Origin: a plasmid
Reading direction: 5' to 3' (one strand)
DNA: 64,000 bases
Sequence record: NZ_CP084013.1
Shown here: positions 18,052 through 28,234 of the stretch, piece by piece
How the letters are laid out: every line of letters begins with the position of its first letter
How positions within the stretch are numbered: position 1 is the stretch's first letter
The notes under the pieces: model-generated
What the model saw: only the letters and a program-made list of their open reading frames with translations
Told to the model about the DNA's origin: nothing
Databases searched by the model: none
Translations under genes and position numbers: made by a program

Positions 18052-18378
18052 ATGTCGAAAATCATATCCAGCATCCCAAGCATCCGATACACGGCGGACG
18101 TGGCATATCAGTTGGAACCAAACATCACCGTCCAAGGGACACTGAAATATGCGGGGGGACGTCGCGAGCTGACCGCAAGGACCCTGTTCGTCCACTTGGA
18201 CCGTGACGACAAGGGCAAGATGACGGTGACCAACGTCGCGGTCAGCGCCAGTCGTAAATCCAACGGCAACTCGGCCTTCTACCGTACCGATGACTTCGAC
18301 ATGACACCGGAACTGCAGCGGGCCGTCGATCACGTGCGTGAACTAGTCAACCAGGACTGCGTCGGCGTGGACGACTAA
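18052..18378 (+). CDS. hypothetical protein
   Basis: ATG 2 nt after the upstream stop. 108 aa. Confidence 0.45.
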   Translation: MSKIISSIPSIRYTADVAYQLEPNITVQGTLKYAGGRRELTARTLFVHLDRDDKGKMTVTNVAVSASRKSNGNSAFYRTDDFDMTPELQRAVDHVRELVNQDCVGVDD

Positions 18379-18398
18379 CCGGCAACCTTTCCTAATCT

Positions 18399-18428
18399 CC
18401 CGACCATTGCGGTCGGGATATTTTTTTT
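18399..18428 (+). terminator. rho-independent terminator
   Basis: Stem CCCGACC / GGTCGGG followed by ATATTTTTTTT. Confidence 0.6.
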
Positions 18429-18508
18429 GGATATCGCCACCAACCGAAAAACGGGTATTTTCAATAGAATATCGGTTAATAACAACATCAAAATCTATCG
18501 TGGAATAT

Positions 18509-21500
18509 ATGCCACGAGGAAACTTCTACCGTCCAGAAAGCTTTATAAGCCCGGCCAGCGAATACGGGCTGCTCCGTTCTGCCACGCCGGATCGCACCGT
18601 ATGGCTGTACGCGCGCATCCCCTGGAGCACTGCATTGCTGGATGGAGCCAACGACCGGAAACGCAACGATGCCGCGCAACAGCTGATGGCGTTCTTCGAC
18701 GGCCTCGCCAATCAGGTCACGGTTGCCGGTATGCGCTACCGTTACATGCTTCAAAGCGAATATCGCGAATTCCATCTACTCACCGGATCCATGCCCGTCC
18801 GATACAGTCCGCCGGCCAGCATGAGGGACACCGACCTCGGACGATACCAGGCGCAGTACTACCGTAGCCAGAAGGTATGCAAGCAGTTCGCGGTCATCGG
18901 CGTTCCTTTGAAACTGGTCGGGGATCATAGCAACAATCGCAAGCCCGGCATGCTGCAACGCGCCCTGACATGGTACGACCGCATGTGCTATTCGGTGGCA
19001 AACGGATGCCCAATGTTCGAAGAGTATCTGCCAGACGCGCATAATATCGAACGAATCATGCTCAACGCCGGGCTGGAACCATTCACCATCATGGATGAGC
19101 AGGAACGCGAACAGCTGGTCGCCATGATGGAATCATGGTGGGTGGGGCGCGCCAACTCGTCGGCCCTGCCTATCCTGGCGGAGAACGCACACGTGCATTT
19201 CTTCCCGGATAACGCGACCTGCGCCCACGCCAAAAACCTGTACGACAATGGCGTGGACTGCACCGAGTGGAATATCGACGAAGAATACCCGGCCAGCATC
19301 TGCTTCGCACGCACGGCGGATTTCAACCAAAGCAGCATCACGGATCCAAACAACCTGTGGATTGCTAGACTCATGGAAGTCGGACGAGCCGGCGGAGCCA
19401 ATGCGGTCGCCACAAGCATCCGAGGCAAAGTCGAACCGGCGAAAGTCACCGCCGACCAGATTCGACGCAACAGCCGCACCATCGACGAAAGCATTAAGGA
19501 ACGGTACGAGAAAGGCCATGAAGCCCCCGGTGATATGACCGAAATCAAGGAGCGTTTGGATTATAAGAAGGCAATCTACAATACTCCGGACATGCCGCCC
19601 AGCATCATTGATCTGAGCGTCGCCACCTGCGTGGCGGGCAACGAGCAGATGGCCATCGACGCTTTGGGGTGTATCCCCAACATCGAGTTCGTCAATCTGA
19701 CGACGGCTAGCGAACAGTTGATGGCGTTCAAAAGCATGCAGGCCTGTTCGAACGTACGCATGACCCCCTATGAGATCCACTGGGCCGCAACATGCGTCGC
19801 GGGAGGAGGCGTGAGCAGTTTCGCCAAAGCAGGCGACAGGGACGGAGCTCTTGTCGGATTGTCCGAAGCCAACAGGCAACCGGTGTATATCGGGACAACA
19901 ACCGTGCAGGACAAGGACAGGCGTCCAATTTTGGCTATTATCGGAGATACAGGAAGCGGGAAGGCCGTTCACATTTCCTCCACAATTCCGGTTCCCCCTC
20001 AGGCTAGCTTCCCCCATGGAAAAATGGCTAAGATCAGCGATTTGCATGAGGGAGACCTCGTCTACGGGCGGGACGGAAAACCTTATCCACTCCTCAAGCT
20101 TCATCCGATTCACACGGAAGATCTTTACGAAGTCACCCTCAGTGACGGTCAAACGATAAAAGCCAGCGGGAACCACCAGTGGATCGTCTCCGATTTCAAA
20201 GATCGAAACAAATTCAGAAAACCAAAACATTTGAAATCCCAACAGCGTAAGAACATGCTGTCGGAGACATACGATGAGCTATGTCGGATGTCTGATGCGC
20301 TACCGGCCCAATCAACCATGAGCGTGAACGAGCTTGCAGAGTTTGTCCATCCAGTAACGAGTCGTTGGTGGAGCGGAGAGAGCAATGCCAAGACCATTGC
20401 CGCAGCGCTGCGATTTATGGGAGTTGAATCTCATCAAGAACAGCGAGACCGCGCGATAGCGGATACAAAAAAACCTTTTAAGACTCGGCAGAACTGTAGG
20501 CGCTATAACACGCAGGAAGCTCTTCGGGCTTTGATTGCACATTATGATGGCGTGGCGCAGCATGCGAAAAGATGGAACGATCTCGCCAGGGAGCGTGCGG
20601 ATGTCCTAAGAAAGCATTTGGAAGATAACTATCCGAAGGGCATCAGCATCACTGACATACAGAAGATGCTCGAGGATCGTTCACCAAGCCGTTCCTCTAT
20701 CGCATCTGTCATAAAAACGCTCAATCCAATCAGTGAGTGGGATACGGAAGAACGAATTCACTCCGACAGAATGCGTCATGATTCGGTATCCGTATACAAC
20801 GTTCGAGAAGCATGCAGAGCCATAGGGCAACGCATGATGCTTCGTTATGAGGGGGCCTTCAACGAGACCAATTCCCTTGGATATTGTGAACAGGTTGTGA
20901 CTACGCGAGACATGCTTGCGTCTGGTCTAAAGGATTCAGGCAATCGTGCGCAATGGGCAATCCGAGCCGCGATGCCTGTTGCCAACCCGCAAGCCGACCT
21001 GCCACTTGACCCATGGGTTTTAGGGGCTTGGTTAGCCGACGGTAGTATCGGCACTGGAATCATCGCTTCAGATAACAGGAATGGTGATTTGCAGCATGTG
21101 AAGTCCTGTCTCACCTCTGCGGGATTTTCTCTAGGAAGCATCAATACGCCGATGGTCGTGAATGTGAAGGGGCTTGTCTCCATTCTTCGCGATATGGGGA
21201 TACTCCGCGAAAAACGCATTCCTGAGATCTACTTCTCGGCGAGCATCGAGCAAAGACTCTCCCTCGTGCAGGGGTTGCTGGATCAGGATGGGACCATCTC
21301 CTCAAATGGGAATATAGAGTTCACCCAGTCCGCCGATCATCTGCCGATTGTCCGAGGAATGGTGCGCCTGCTGAGATCTCTGGGAATCGTCGTTCACGAA
21401 CCCCATCTCAACAAAGCAGGATACACGGCTGATGGTGTGCGTCACGAGGCTCAGGATCGTTATCGCATCACCTTCACGACGGATCTGCCGGTATTCTCTT

Positions 21501-22828
21501 TGCAACGCAAAGCGGCTTTAATCCCTACGACGTTGAGACAAACCCAGCAATGGCTATACGTCAAAGACATCAGGAAGATATCCAACGCGCCTCATCGTTG
21601 TCTGACCGTTGGAAGCCCTGACCATTCGTTCCTCATCGCTGATTACGTGCCGACCCATAATACGATGGCGGCGTTCAGCCTGTTTCTGCAATGGTCGAAG
21701 ATTGACGCGCGTGACGGTAAAGGCAAGACCCCGTGCATTTACATTAATCCGAAGGCCGGTAATGATTTGGAGGATGCGACCCGTTCGCAGGGTGGTACGG
21801 TCATCCGGTTGGATTCCGATGTGGCCAACGGCACGTTCGACCCGTTCAACGTGATTCCGAATGTGGAGGAGGCCAAGGAAATCGCCGTCCTGATGATGAC
21901 GAACATTCTTGGCGGTGACACAAAGATGGAATCCGCCATGACAGCCATGCTGGATTACGGCGTCAAACACGGGGCGCGTTACGTAGGCCGGGCTCTGCTT
22001 GTCGCCGCCCAAGCTGTTGCGAAGACCATCAAAGCGGGGAACACGGCGGAGTCCATTGGGTTGCCTTCCAACACCCTCGAGGTGTTTTCGACAATCAGCA
22101 TGAACCTGAAGGCGAACCAGGGACTACGTCTTATCTTCGGCACCGATAATGACACCAAGCCGTTGACGATCAGCCAAAACCTGACCCTCATCAATGCCGG
22201 AGACCGTTCACTCATCCCCGAAGGCCAAGATGATTCCATGACCGCTCGCATCCGCCAGTGGACGTTGCGAATGGTCGTCATGGGAGCCGGCACCGCCGTT
22301 CGAGGCCGCGATGGCATGGTAGGTGTCGATGAGGCATGGGTGTTCATGGGCAAGGACAAGGGAGCTTCCCGAACCTTCGAACAATGGGTGCGTATGGCCC
22401 GTTCGCAACGATTCACGCCTGTCATCATCAGCCAGAAAGTGCAGGAGTTCATCGATGCCGACTTGACCGGAGGTATCAGCCGCGCCCTCCTTCTGGCGTT
22501 GGACAACCCGGAAGAAGCCAATGGCACGGTCAGTCCGGCCAAATCAGCGGAACGACTCCTAGGCATCGAAGACCCCAATGGTCGGATCTTGCAGCGCATG
22601 GGAGCCGATGATACTTTGGACAACGGTCAGCCGAACCCGAACAGTCTGAAGCGCCTGGTAAGCGCATCGACGAGGAAGACCGTTCGCGGAGCCGTCGCCT
22701 ATTTCAAAGACGGGTCCAAGCAGCCTATTCCAGTGGAAATCGTGATTCCTCCGGCATTGTTGAAGGAAATCAGCACCACTGCCACGGACAAGATCGCACG
22801 AGAACAACGAAAGAACAAGGAGCAGTGA
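18509..22828 (+). CDS. VirB4/TrsE-like conjugative P-loop ATPase, interrupted by a large intein
   Basis: A split Walker A, 'IIGDTGSGK' ... intein ... 'TMAAFSLF', reconstitutes GDTGSGKT after splicing. Walker B 'VGVDEAWVFMG' follows. The extein is about 870-900 aa. The start at M35 (18509) is preferred, because the ORF-track start at 18407 lies inside the upstream terminator. Confidence 0.7.
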   Translation: MPRGNFYRPESFISPASEYGLLRSATPDRTVWLYARIPWSTALLDGANDRKRNDAAQQLMAFFDGLANQVTVAGMRYRYMLQSEYREFHLLTGSMPVRYSPPASMRDTDLGRYQAQYYRSQKVCKQFAVIGVPLKLVGDHSNNRKPGMLQRALTWYDRMCYSVANGCPMFEEYLPDAHNIERIMLNAGLEPFTIMDEQEREQLVAMMESWWVGRANSSALPILAENAHVHFFPDNATCAHAKNLYDNGVDCTEWNIDEEYPASICFARTADFNQSSITDPNNLWIARLMEVGRAGGANAVATSIRGKVEPAKVTADQIRRNSRTIDESIKERYEKGHEAPGDMTEIKERLDYKKAIYNTPDMPPSIIDLSVATCVAGNEQMAIDALGCIPNIEFVNLTTASEQLMAFKSMQACSNVRMTPYEIHWAATCVAGGGVSSFAKAGDRDGALVGLSEANRQPVYIGTTTVQDKDRRPILAIIGDTGSGKAVHISSTIPVPPQASFPHGKMAKISDLHEGDLVYGRDGKPYPLLKLHPIHTEDLYEVTLSDGQTIKASGNHQWIVSDFKDRNKFRKPKHLKSQQRKNMLSETYDELCRMSDALPAQSTMSVNELAEFVHPVTSRWWSGESNAKTIAAALRFMGVESHQEQRDRAIADTKKPFKTRQNCRRYNTQEALRALIAHYDGVAQHAKRWNDLARERADVLRKHLEDNYPKGISITDIQKMLEDRSPSRSSIASVIKTLNPISEWDTEERIHSDRMRHDSVSVYNVREACRAIGQRMMLRYEGAFNETNSLGYCEQVVTTRDMLASGLKDSGNRAQWAIRAAMPVANPQADLPLDPWVLGAWLADGSIGTGIIASDNRNGDLQHVKSCLTSAGFSLGSINTPMVVNVKGLVSILRDMGILREKRIPEIYFSASIEQRLSLVQGLLDQDGTISSNGNIEFTQSADHLPIVRGMVRLLRSLGIVVHEPHLNKAGYTADGVRHEAQDRYRITFTTDLPVFSLQRKAALIPTTLRQTQQWLYVKDIRKISNAPHRCLTVGSPDHSFLIADYVPTHNTMAAFSLFLQWSKIDARDGKGKTPCIYINPKAGNDLEDATRSQGGTVIRLDSDVANGTFDPFNVIPNVEEAKEIAVLMMTNILGGDTKMESAMTAMLDYGVKHGARYVGRALLVAAQAVAKTIKAGNTAESIGLPSNTLEVFSTISMNLKANQGLRLIFGTDNDTKPLTISQNLTLINAGDRSLIPEGQDDSMTARIRQWTLRMVVMGAGTAVRGRDGMVGVDEAWVFMGKDKGASRTFEQWVRMARSQRFTPVIISQKVQEFIDADLTGGISRALLLALDNPEEANGTVSPAKSAERLLGIEDPNGRILQRMGADDTLDNGQPNPNSLKRLVSASTRKTVRGAVAYFKDGSKQPIPVEIVIPPALLKEISTTATDKIAREQRKNKEQ
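19964..21661 (+). other. intein (566 aa) with a LAGLIDADG homing-endonuclease domain, class-3-like (Ala1, WCT triplet)
   Basis: Starts at Ala, directly after the Walker A lysine. Block B 'ASGNHQW'. Two LAGLIDADG-type motifs, 'LGAWLADGSIGTG' and 'LVQGLLDQDGTIS'. Block F 'HRCLTVGSPDHSFLIAD' has Cys in place of the usual Asp. Block G 'VPTHN' is followed by the +1 Thr. GC content is lower than in the flanking extein DNA. Confidence 0.7.
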
Positions 22829-22834
22829 CCCCTT

Positions 22835-23596
22835 ATGGGATACAAAGACATATTCGATGACTCATTTTCCACACCGGCTTCCGACAAGTCGGAGGAATCA
22901 TCTGCCGTTACCCCTTTGACCCCGGAGCCGGAGGAACAGCAGCAGTCGAAACCATTGCTGTTCCCTGGTTTCGGTAGCGGACGTCCTCTCCTATTGGAAC
23001 GCCCCAGCAGATATATCCAACGTCTCAGCGATACCGCATCCAAAGTGTATGCGGTACCTGACGGAGACCCATACGGAGGAGTGGAAAACCGTATCCTGTA
23101 CTCCCCCGTGATCAGCCTCCCCGTATTTCTGCTTCAGGGGAATGAGCTGTTCGCGAATCATGACGTGCTCAAGTATCCTTTGCTGAATCCTCCACTGAAT
23201 CACGCTTGGGATGGAAGCGACATCAGCGTGTACATGCTCACCATCATCGCCGCATATACTTCAGCGGGCATCCTGCATGAGGATGTAGACGGTGATGTGC
23301 TTGCGTACGATGTCGAATATCCCCTCTCCGTTGCAGACGAGCTTTGGAATGCGGCATCCGATTGGGCTTCCGAAGCGGCTCCGCTGTTGAAGGATCTGAA
23401 CACCGCACGGCTTTTGGGATTCGCGTTGAAGAGTCCCAACGAGGAAACCGATGCTTTGAGGGCTTTGTTTGAATCATGGGATGAGAATCGTTCTTCAGGT
23501 GAGATCATCGAGGCGGGGAAACATGCCGCGAATCTTCTTCGAGACGATTACAACGTGTTCGTCGACGTGGAATTCCGACCATTCCAAGAACGGTAA
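22835..23596 (+). CDS. hypothetical protein (conjugation-module accessory)
   Basis: 253-aa ORF lying 7 nt after the ATPase stop. Confidence 0.45.
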   Translation: MGYKDIFDDSFSTPASDKSEESSAVTPLTPEPEEQQQSKPLLFPGFGSGRPLLLERPSRYIQRLSDTASKVYAVPDGDPYGGVENRILYSPVISLPVFLLQGNELFANHDVLKYPLLNPPLNHAWDGSDISVYMLTIIAAYTSAGILHEDVDGDVLAYDVEYPLSVADELWNAASDWASEAAPLLKDLNTARLLGFALKSPNEETDALRALFESWDENRSSGEIIEAGKHAANLLRDDYNVFVDVEFRPFQER

Positions 23597-23661
23597 TTCA
23601 CCGAATCATTCAAAGTCGGTAAATTTTTACCGACTTTTGCCTTCCGTAAGGGGGTCATCCT

Positions 23662-24963
23662 TTGAAAACCAGTACAAAACTCATGGCTGCGGGAGCCGCA
23701 TTGCTGGTGGGGTTGAACGGTCTTATCGTCATGAACGTGGTGAGTGCCGTTTCCGGCAGTGTCGCGGCCCTTACCAGCAACGTCGGAAAGTCATTATCAG
23801 CCGCAGAATATGATTGCGGCACCTCATCAGATGATGATTCGACAACCGGGACCACATCGATAGCCCCCAACAAGGTCGCGGTGGCCATAGCCGAGGCATT
23901 CGCCAAAGCCGGGTATTCGAAAGCCAGCACGGCAGGCGCTCTTGGTGTGATCCAATTCGAATCTGGGATGAATCCGGAACAGGAGCAGATAGGAGAGACC
24001 AATCCCGCATTGCGTGGCTTCGGTCTGAATCAGTGGACACCGCGCAGCAAAATCCAAGCATGGATGGATCAGCATAACGTGTCTGGCAAAGACTCTGATG
24101 CCGACGTGCAGATAAAAATGCTGGTTGACACGTCCGAATCCGATTGGAACAACTTCTATCTGGATAACATCGAGGCCGAAGGGTACAACGTCACCGACCA
24201 TGACCTGCACAAATGGTGGCTGCATGCGGATAATCCGGAGGACGCCTCAATCGCATGGCTTGCCGGGTATGGGCGCGGAGCGTGGAACGATCGGCATGAA
24301 GAGGAACGTAAGAAATATGCGCGCTCCTACTATGATTCACCGGAGATTAGTGCGATCGAGTTCACTGGGAAGGCAAGCGACGATTCCCGTGGTTCCGACA
24401 ATGTCGTTCAAGCTTCCTGCTCATCCGACGACGATGGTGATGGAGGCAGTGCCGTCGTAGGTTCTGTGGGCGGGGCTCCTATAGGCAAAACCCGTAATTT
24501 TGGCTGGCTGTGCGATACGGATGCAAAAGTGTGTCACGACGGGGACTACGGACCATTCACTTCCTTCGCCAGCGGCGGACATTACCAGTGCTACTGGTAT
24601 GCACTTGTCAGACTATGGGTGATTCACCATCATGACGTGGCAAACTGGAACACCCCCGTGGGTGGTGACGTCCATGTGCATCTCGCCTCCGACCCTGCAT
24701 ACACAGTCGATTCCAGTCCACACCCGGGGGATGGCGTCAGTCAGTTCGGCGGTGCTTTGGGAGGTGATATGAGCTCCGGGCATATCGCCGTGGTCGAAGA
24801 AGTCAAGCAGGACGCAAACGGATGGAGAATCCGAATCAGCGAGGGAAACTACGGCACGAACGGAAGCGGCCCATGGGAGGGGTACAACAGTCGCTGGCTC
24901 ACGCAAAAGCAGTTCGATGGCGCCGGCAACGTGTTCTTCCGGAAGAAAAGCTGGAAGAACTAG
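23662..24963 (+). CDS. secreted peptidoglycan hydrolase: lysozyme-like N-domain + C-terminal CHAP domain (TcpG/PrgK-type conjugation hydrolase)
   Basis: TTG start with an AAGGGGG RBS. N-terminal signal/TM 'LMAAGAALLVGLNGLIVMNVVSAVSG'. 'GVIQFESGMNPEQEQ' is a lytic transglycosylase-like block. The C-terminal part carries the CHAP residues Cys 'GGHYQCYWYALVRL' and His 'SSGHIAVVEEV'. Confidence 0.7.
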   Translation: MKTSTKLMAAGAALLVGLNGLIVMNVVSAVSGSVAALTSNVGKSLSAAEYDCGTSSDDDSTTGTTSIAPNKVAVAIAEAFAKAGYSKASTAGALGVIQFESGMNPEQEQIGETNPALRGFGLNQWTPRSKIQAWMDQHNVSGKDSDADVQIKMLVDTSESDWNNFYLDNIEAEGYNVTDHDLHKWWLHADNPEDASIAWLAGYGRGAWNDRHEEERKKYARSYYDSPEISAIEFTGKASDDSRGSDNVVQASCSSDDDGDGGSAVVGSVGGAPIGKTRNFGWLCDTDAKVCHDGDYGPFTSFASGGHYQCYWYALVRLWVIHHHDVANWNTPVGGDVHVHLASDPAYTVDSSPHPGDGVSQFGGALGGDMSSGHIAVVEEVKQDANGWRIRISEGNYGTNGSGPWEGYNSRWLTQKQFDGAGNVFFRKKSWKN

Positions 24964-25937
24964 CCGCAGTATCCCGGATTCTGGCAGCCTCCTCCAACCG
25001 ATGCCATGGGAATGCTATCCCAAAGATGCCAGTCAACCTTGCCATCCAAGTCCGACTGCGTGACAGGTCCCTTAAGGATGGGCGTCATGCTGGAATGGGC
25101 GAGGCCCATCTCGGGATCGCCTTTCACTGGGATGGCTATTCTGGTTCCCTCGCTCAAATCGTCGGCCATGTTATTGTCCCAGCGTGTCAGCCAAGGATTA
25201 ATCCACCAAGGGTTGTCGCCGTTGATGTTCATGCCGCTGATTTTCCCGTTTGCGATGGTGAGTTCATCGTTGATGTCGTAGTCTCTCCAAGCTGGAGTCA
25301 ATGCCCAGATGCTCCCATTGTTGAAGGAATCACCGTCCTGCAAAAGCATGGATTCGACCTTTCCTGTGACCGTGACCGTTCGGTCTTCGTTGACCGTCAC
25401 GTGAGGTCCGTCCGTCCACCGGCTGCCGGTCGCCAACGCCTCACTGTTCCACCATGCTTTCATTGTCGGATACGCTTTACAAGCGTTTTCATATTCCTCT
25501 TCGCATGGATAGCTGACGGCATCAGGCCCATCGTTCTTATCCGCTGGGATAGCGCTCAGAGCGGGTAGAGGATTGCTTCCGATGTCCGGTGTCCGCAACT
25601 GGTCGATTACCTGTTGAGCATCATGTTGGCTGAGTGAGTCCAAATTGATCGTGGGGTCACTCCCCCAGTTGCGGGCTGCCTGTTCGAATTGGATGGCCAG
25701 ATCCGTGTACTGTTGTTTCTCCTCATCGGTCAGCTGATTTGCGGCAGCCTCAGCGGCTTTCTTGCGTTCCTCCGACTTATGTTTTTTCAACTGTTGGGCC
25801 TGCACCTGCTGGCGTTCCTCAGCGGTGACTTTTTTACGCCACGTACTCCAAGCCAGGATGCCAGCGACGAGAACCACCACTGTAATAACACTGGCGAGTA
25901 TTTTCATAGGCCTGCTGAATGTTCCGTGCATCCTCAA
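24960..25937 (-). CDS. membrane-anchored extracytoplasmic protein, hypothetical
   Basis: AGGAG RBS before the ATG. A single N-terminal TM helix 'ILASVITVVVLVAGILAWS', followed by a Lys/Glu-rich coiled segment. Convergent with the hydrolase gene. Confidence 0.5.
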   Translation of the reverse strand: MRMHGTFSRPMKILASVITVVVLVAGILAWSTWRKKVTAEERQQVQAQQLKKHKSEERKKAAEAAANQLTDEEKQQYTDLAIQFEQAARNWGSDPTINLDSLSQHDAQQVIDQLRTPDIGSNPLPALSAIPADKNDGPDAVSYPCEEEYENACKAYPTMKAWWNSEALATGSRWTDGPHVTVNEDRTVTVTGKVESMLLQDGDSFNNGSIWALTPAWRDYDINDELTIANGKISGMNINGDNPWWINPWLTRWDNNMADDLSEGTRIAIPVKGDPEMGLAHSSMTPILKGPVTQSDLDGKVDWHLWDSIPMASVGGGCQNPGYCG

Positions 25938-26056
25938 CTCCTAATCCAAAAAAAACGTGTGGTTCCAGCGTATCCTTCCCAGAAAAGCGAATGCCTCCGA
26001 TTATCCGAATCGGAGGCATTCTGTCCACTGAGAGATAGTTTTTTTCGGGCGAAGGA

Positions 26057-26509
26057 TCAATCAACCTTCGAATTCTTGTTTTCCTTGATCTCCTCAAGCT
26101 TGACGTACACGTTCAAACCCAGGTTGTACAAGGCCGGCAATGCGAAGATAAGAACACACAGGACACCAGCCCACCGATACTCCAAGCCCCAGGCCGTGAA
26201 GAAGAACGCAGGAATCGGGATGAGAACAATCAGTTCGATGATCATTTGGACGATCAACGGGAGCGCAGATTCCAACATCCTCTCGCTGACGAAGAACCAG
26301 ATAACGGCTTGTACTGCGAAAGCCGCAAACAGGATGATGAGCATGACCCCAACGGTCACCAGATCAGCGATCCCAGTGGAAGTCGCATAGTTGAACACGT
26401 TCACGAACATGCCGCCCATGTCGCTGCTGAAGAACATTCCCATCAACAGGACTATCACCAATCCCAGAACGAGAAGAAAAAGTCCAATCATTGCCAGCAA
26501 GGTAAGCAT
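26057..26509 (-). CDS. polytopic membrane protein (4 TM), possible T4SS channel component
   Basis: ATG at 26509, 6 nt after a GGAGGTGG RBS. Four hydrophobic helices. Confidence 0.5.
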   Translation of the reverse strand: MLTLLAMIGLFLLVLGLVIVLLMGMFFSSDMGGMFVNVFNYATSTGIADLVTVGVMLIILFAAFAVQAVIWFFVSERMLESALPLIVQMIIELIVLIPIPAFFFTAWGLEYRWAGVLCVLIFALPALYNLGLNVYVKLEEIKENKNSKVD

Positions 26510-26634
26510 TGCGACCACCTCCAATCCATGCTCAGCGTTCTGTTATATGCAGTTGCATTGCTTCGTTTGCCTGACCTTATTCTGTGACAGAATTCATCGA
26601 CAAGCAAATCAACACCAGCAGTGGCCGCATTGTC

Positions 26635-27933
26635 CTATCTGGATGGTTTGCGCCGCCAATAGTCATGCACCGGATGCCCATCACGATCGTGGGAGACGAC
26701 ATGCACCATGCCATTGTCGGGAAGGACGAAGCGTTGAGGACTTGGCATGCCACTGTTCGCGACACGAATCTTGTCCAACAGCTTGGCCTGCAGTTCCGGG
26801 GCCAGATCCATATACGCAGTATGCGCATTCAACCGGACCAAGTCGCTGATGCGGATAGCCTCGTCTCGTGCAGTGTCGGAATCGAATCCACAATAATCAG
26901 CCAACCTCGCATAATGGTCCGGCGTCACTTCACTGGCATGCTCCGCTCCTGAGAATGGCATCGCGAGCTTGTCCGTCAACCCCGGCCATACAGTCGTGGT
27001 CATCACATCGTATGCTGGGCTTAGTTTCCAGGACTCACCATCCAGCGAAGTAGGCATGACTGAATAGTTACGGGCATGCGCATCGCAATTATCGACAGCC
27101 ACGTTGAAGGCCAATCGTCGCAGCCACTCCTCCCCCAGTCTGCCGGACGGATCCATCTTCCGTAGGGTGGTCAGCGTATCGACGGCACTCACCTTGTACT
27201 TCTCGGATGATGGTAGGCCCAATGCCTGCACCATATCCTCCATCGGCAGACGAACCGGCATACCATTTTCGATACGACGATCGAACCGTTCCACGATATA
27301 GGTCTGCTGGCCGTTGAATTCCTGGATATCCGACTCCGGGGTTTCGATGCCGACCATCTTGGAAAGCATCATGGTCGCATGTTCTACTTCATCAGCGTCA
27401 TAAATGCCGGCCGGTTTAAGAATATGAGTCGACGGAACGGCGCCATTGGGCCACACCCATTCATCGCCTACACGGGACAAGGAGAATTTGCCTTGAGCTC
27501 CTGCCAAGGAAAATCTGGCACCTTTGTTCCTGACGAACCATGAATCAGGCGTCCGTTTGACGGCGGCAATACGTGTCGCGATTTCGTCATCGGTTGCTTC
27601 TGCAGGAGGCACACTGGCAATAGTCGGCATCTCATCGTTCCGAGAGAACACCAGCGCACCAGCTGAATCCACGTTTTCCAGCAAGTCGAAGGATTCCTGA
27701 GATTTCGCGCCGACTGCCTGCATCATGGCATACTTGGCGGCACCTGATTCCGGGAGTAAATTTTCTAGAAAATTCTCCGGTGCATCCTCGCGCCACTCTC
27801 CATCTTTCGGGAGGCTGAAACTTATCCGTGGAGCATTCCAATCATACTCAAACGCGACTCCTCGTTTGAGAGAGGTGAACACGCCAACGTGGGAGCCGTT
27901 CATCCAGACGTTTAGCCGATCACCTTTTCTCAT
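26635..27933 (-). CDS. hipA: HipA-family serine/threonine kinase toxin
   Basis: 'LRRLAFNVAVDNCDAHARNYSV' is the HipA catalytic-loop equivalent, and the N-terminal region has HipA-type coupling-domain character. The start overlaps the upstream stop (ATGA). Confidence 0.75.
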   Translation of the reverse strand: MRKGDRLNVWMNGSHVGVFTSLKRGVAFEYDWNAPRISFSLPKDGEWREDAPENFLENLLPESGAAKYAMMQAVGAKSQESFDLLENVDSAGALVFSRNDEMPTIASVPPAEATDDEIATRIAAVKRTPDSWFVRNKGARFSLAGAQGKFSLSRVGDEWVWPNGAVPSTHILKPAGIYDADEVEHATMMLSKMVGIETPESDIQEFNGQQTYIVERFDRRIENGMPVRLPMEDMVQALGLPSSEKYKVSAVDTLTTLRKMDPSGRLGEEWLRRLAFNVAVDNCDAHARNYSVMPTSLDGESWKLSPAYDVMTTTVWPGLTDKLAMPFSGAEHASEVTPDHYARLADYCGFDSDTARDEAIRISDLVRLNAHTAYMDLAPELQAKLLDKIRVANSGMPSPQRFVLPDNGMVHVVSHDRDGHPVHDYWRRKPSR

Positions 27934-28226
27934 GCCACCACGCATTCCGCAGGCAAGGCAGTGGCATCCACTCCAAGAACCTTCATTATCCGTCGAGTCG
28001 GAAGATATGGTGCAACGCCGGTGTCAATCAGCCGTTGCACCACGCTTGAATCGACTCGTGCTTTCTCGGCCACTTCATCGACGGTACGGTGCTGCATGAA
28101 CTCGGCCATGACCCTGCGCATACGTTCCGGTGATTCGATGAATCTCACGTTGCTGGCGGTTTTCGGCATGGCCTGCTTGATGCGCTGACGGTACTCGTCG
28201 CTAACCTGCCATTTCTCGTATATCAT
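27930..28226 (-). CDS. hipB: HTH antitoxin partner of HipA (HipB-like)
   Basis: 98 aa with the HTH 'HRTVDEVAEKARVDSSVVQRLIDTG'. Lies immediately upstream of hipA and is translationally coupled to it. Confidence 0.55.
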   Translation of the reverse strand: MIYEKWQVSDEYRQRIKQAMPKTASNVRFIESPERMRRVMAEFMQHRTVDEVAEKARVDSSVVQRLIDTGVAPYLPTRRIMKVLGVDATALPAECVVA

Positions 28227-28234
28227 TTTTTTGC

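Noticed and set aside
19133-20242. 369-aa minus-strand ORF
   Set aside because: Antisense to the VirB4-like/intein gene, with no motif support.
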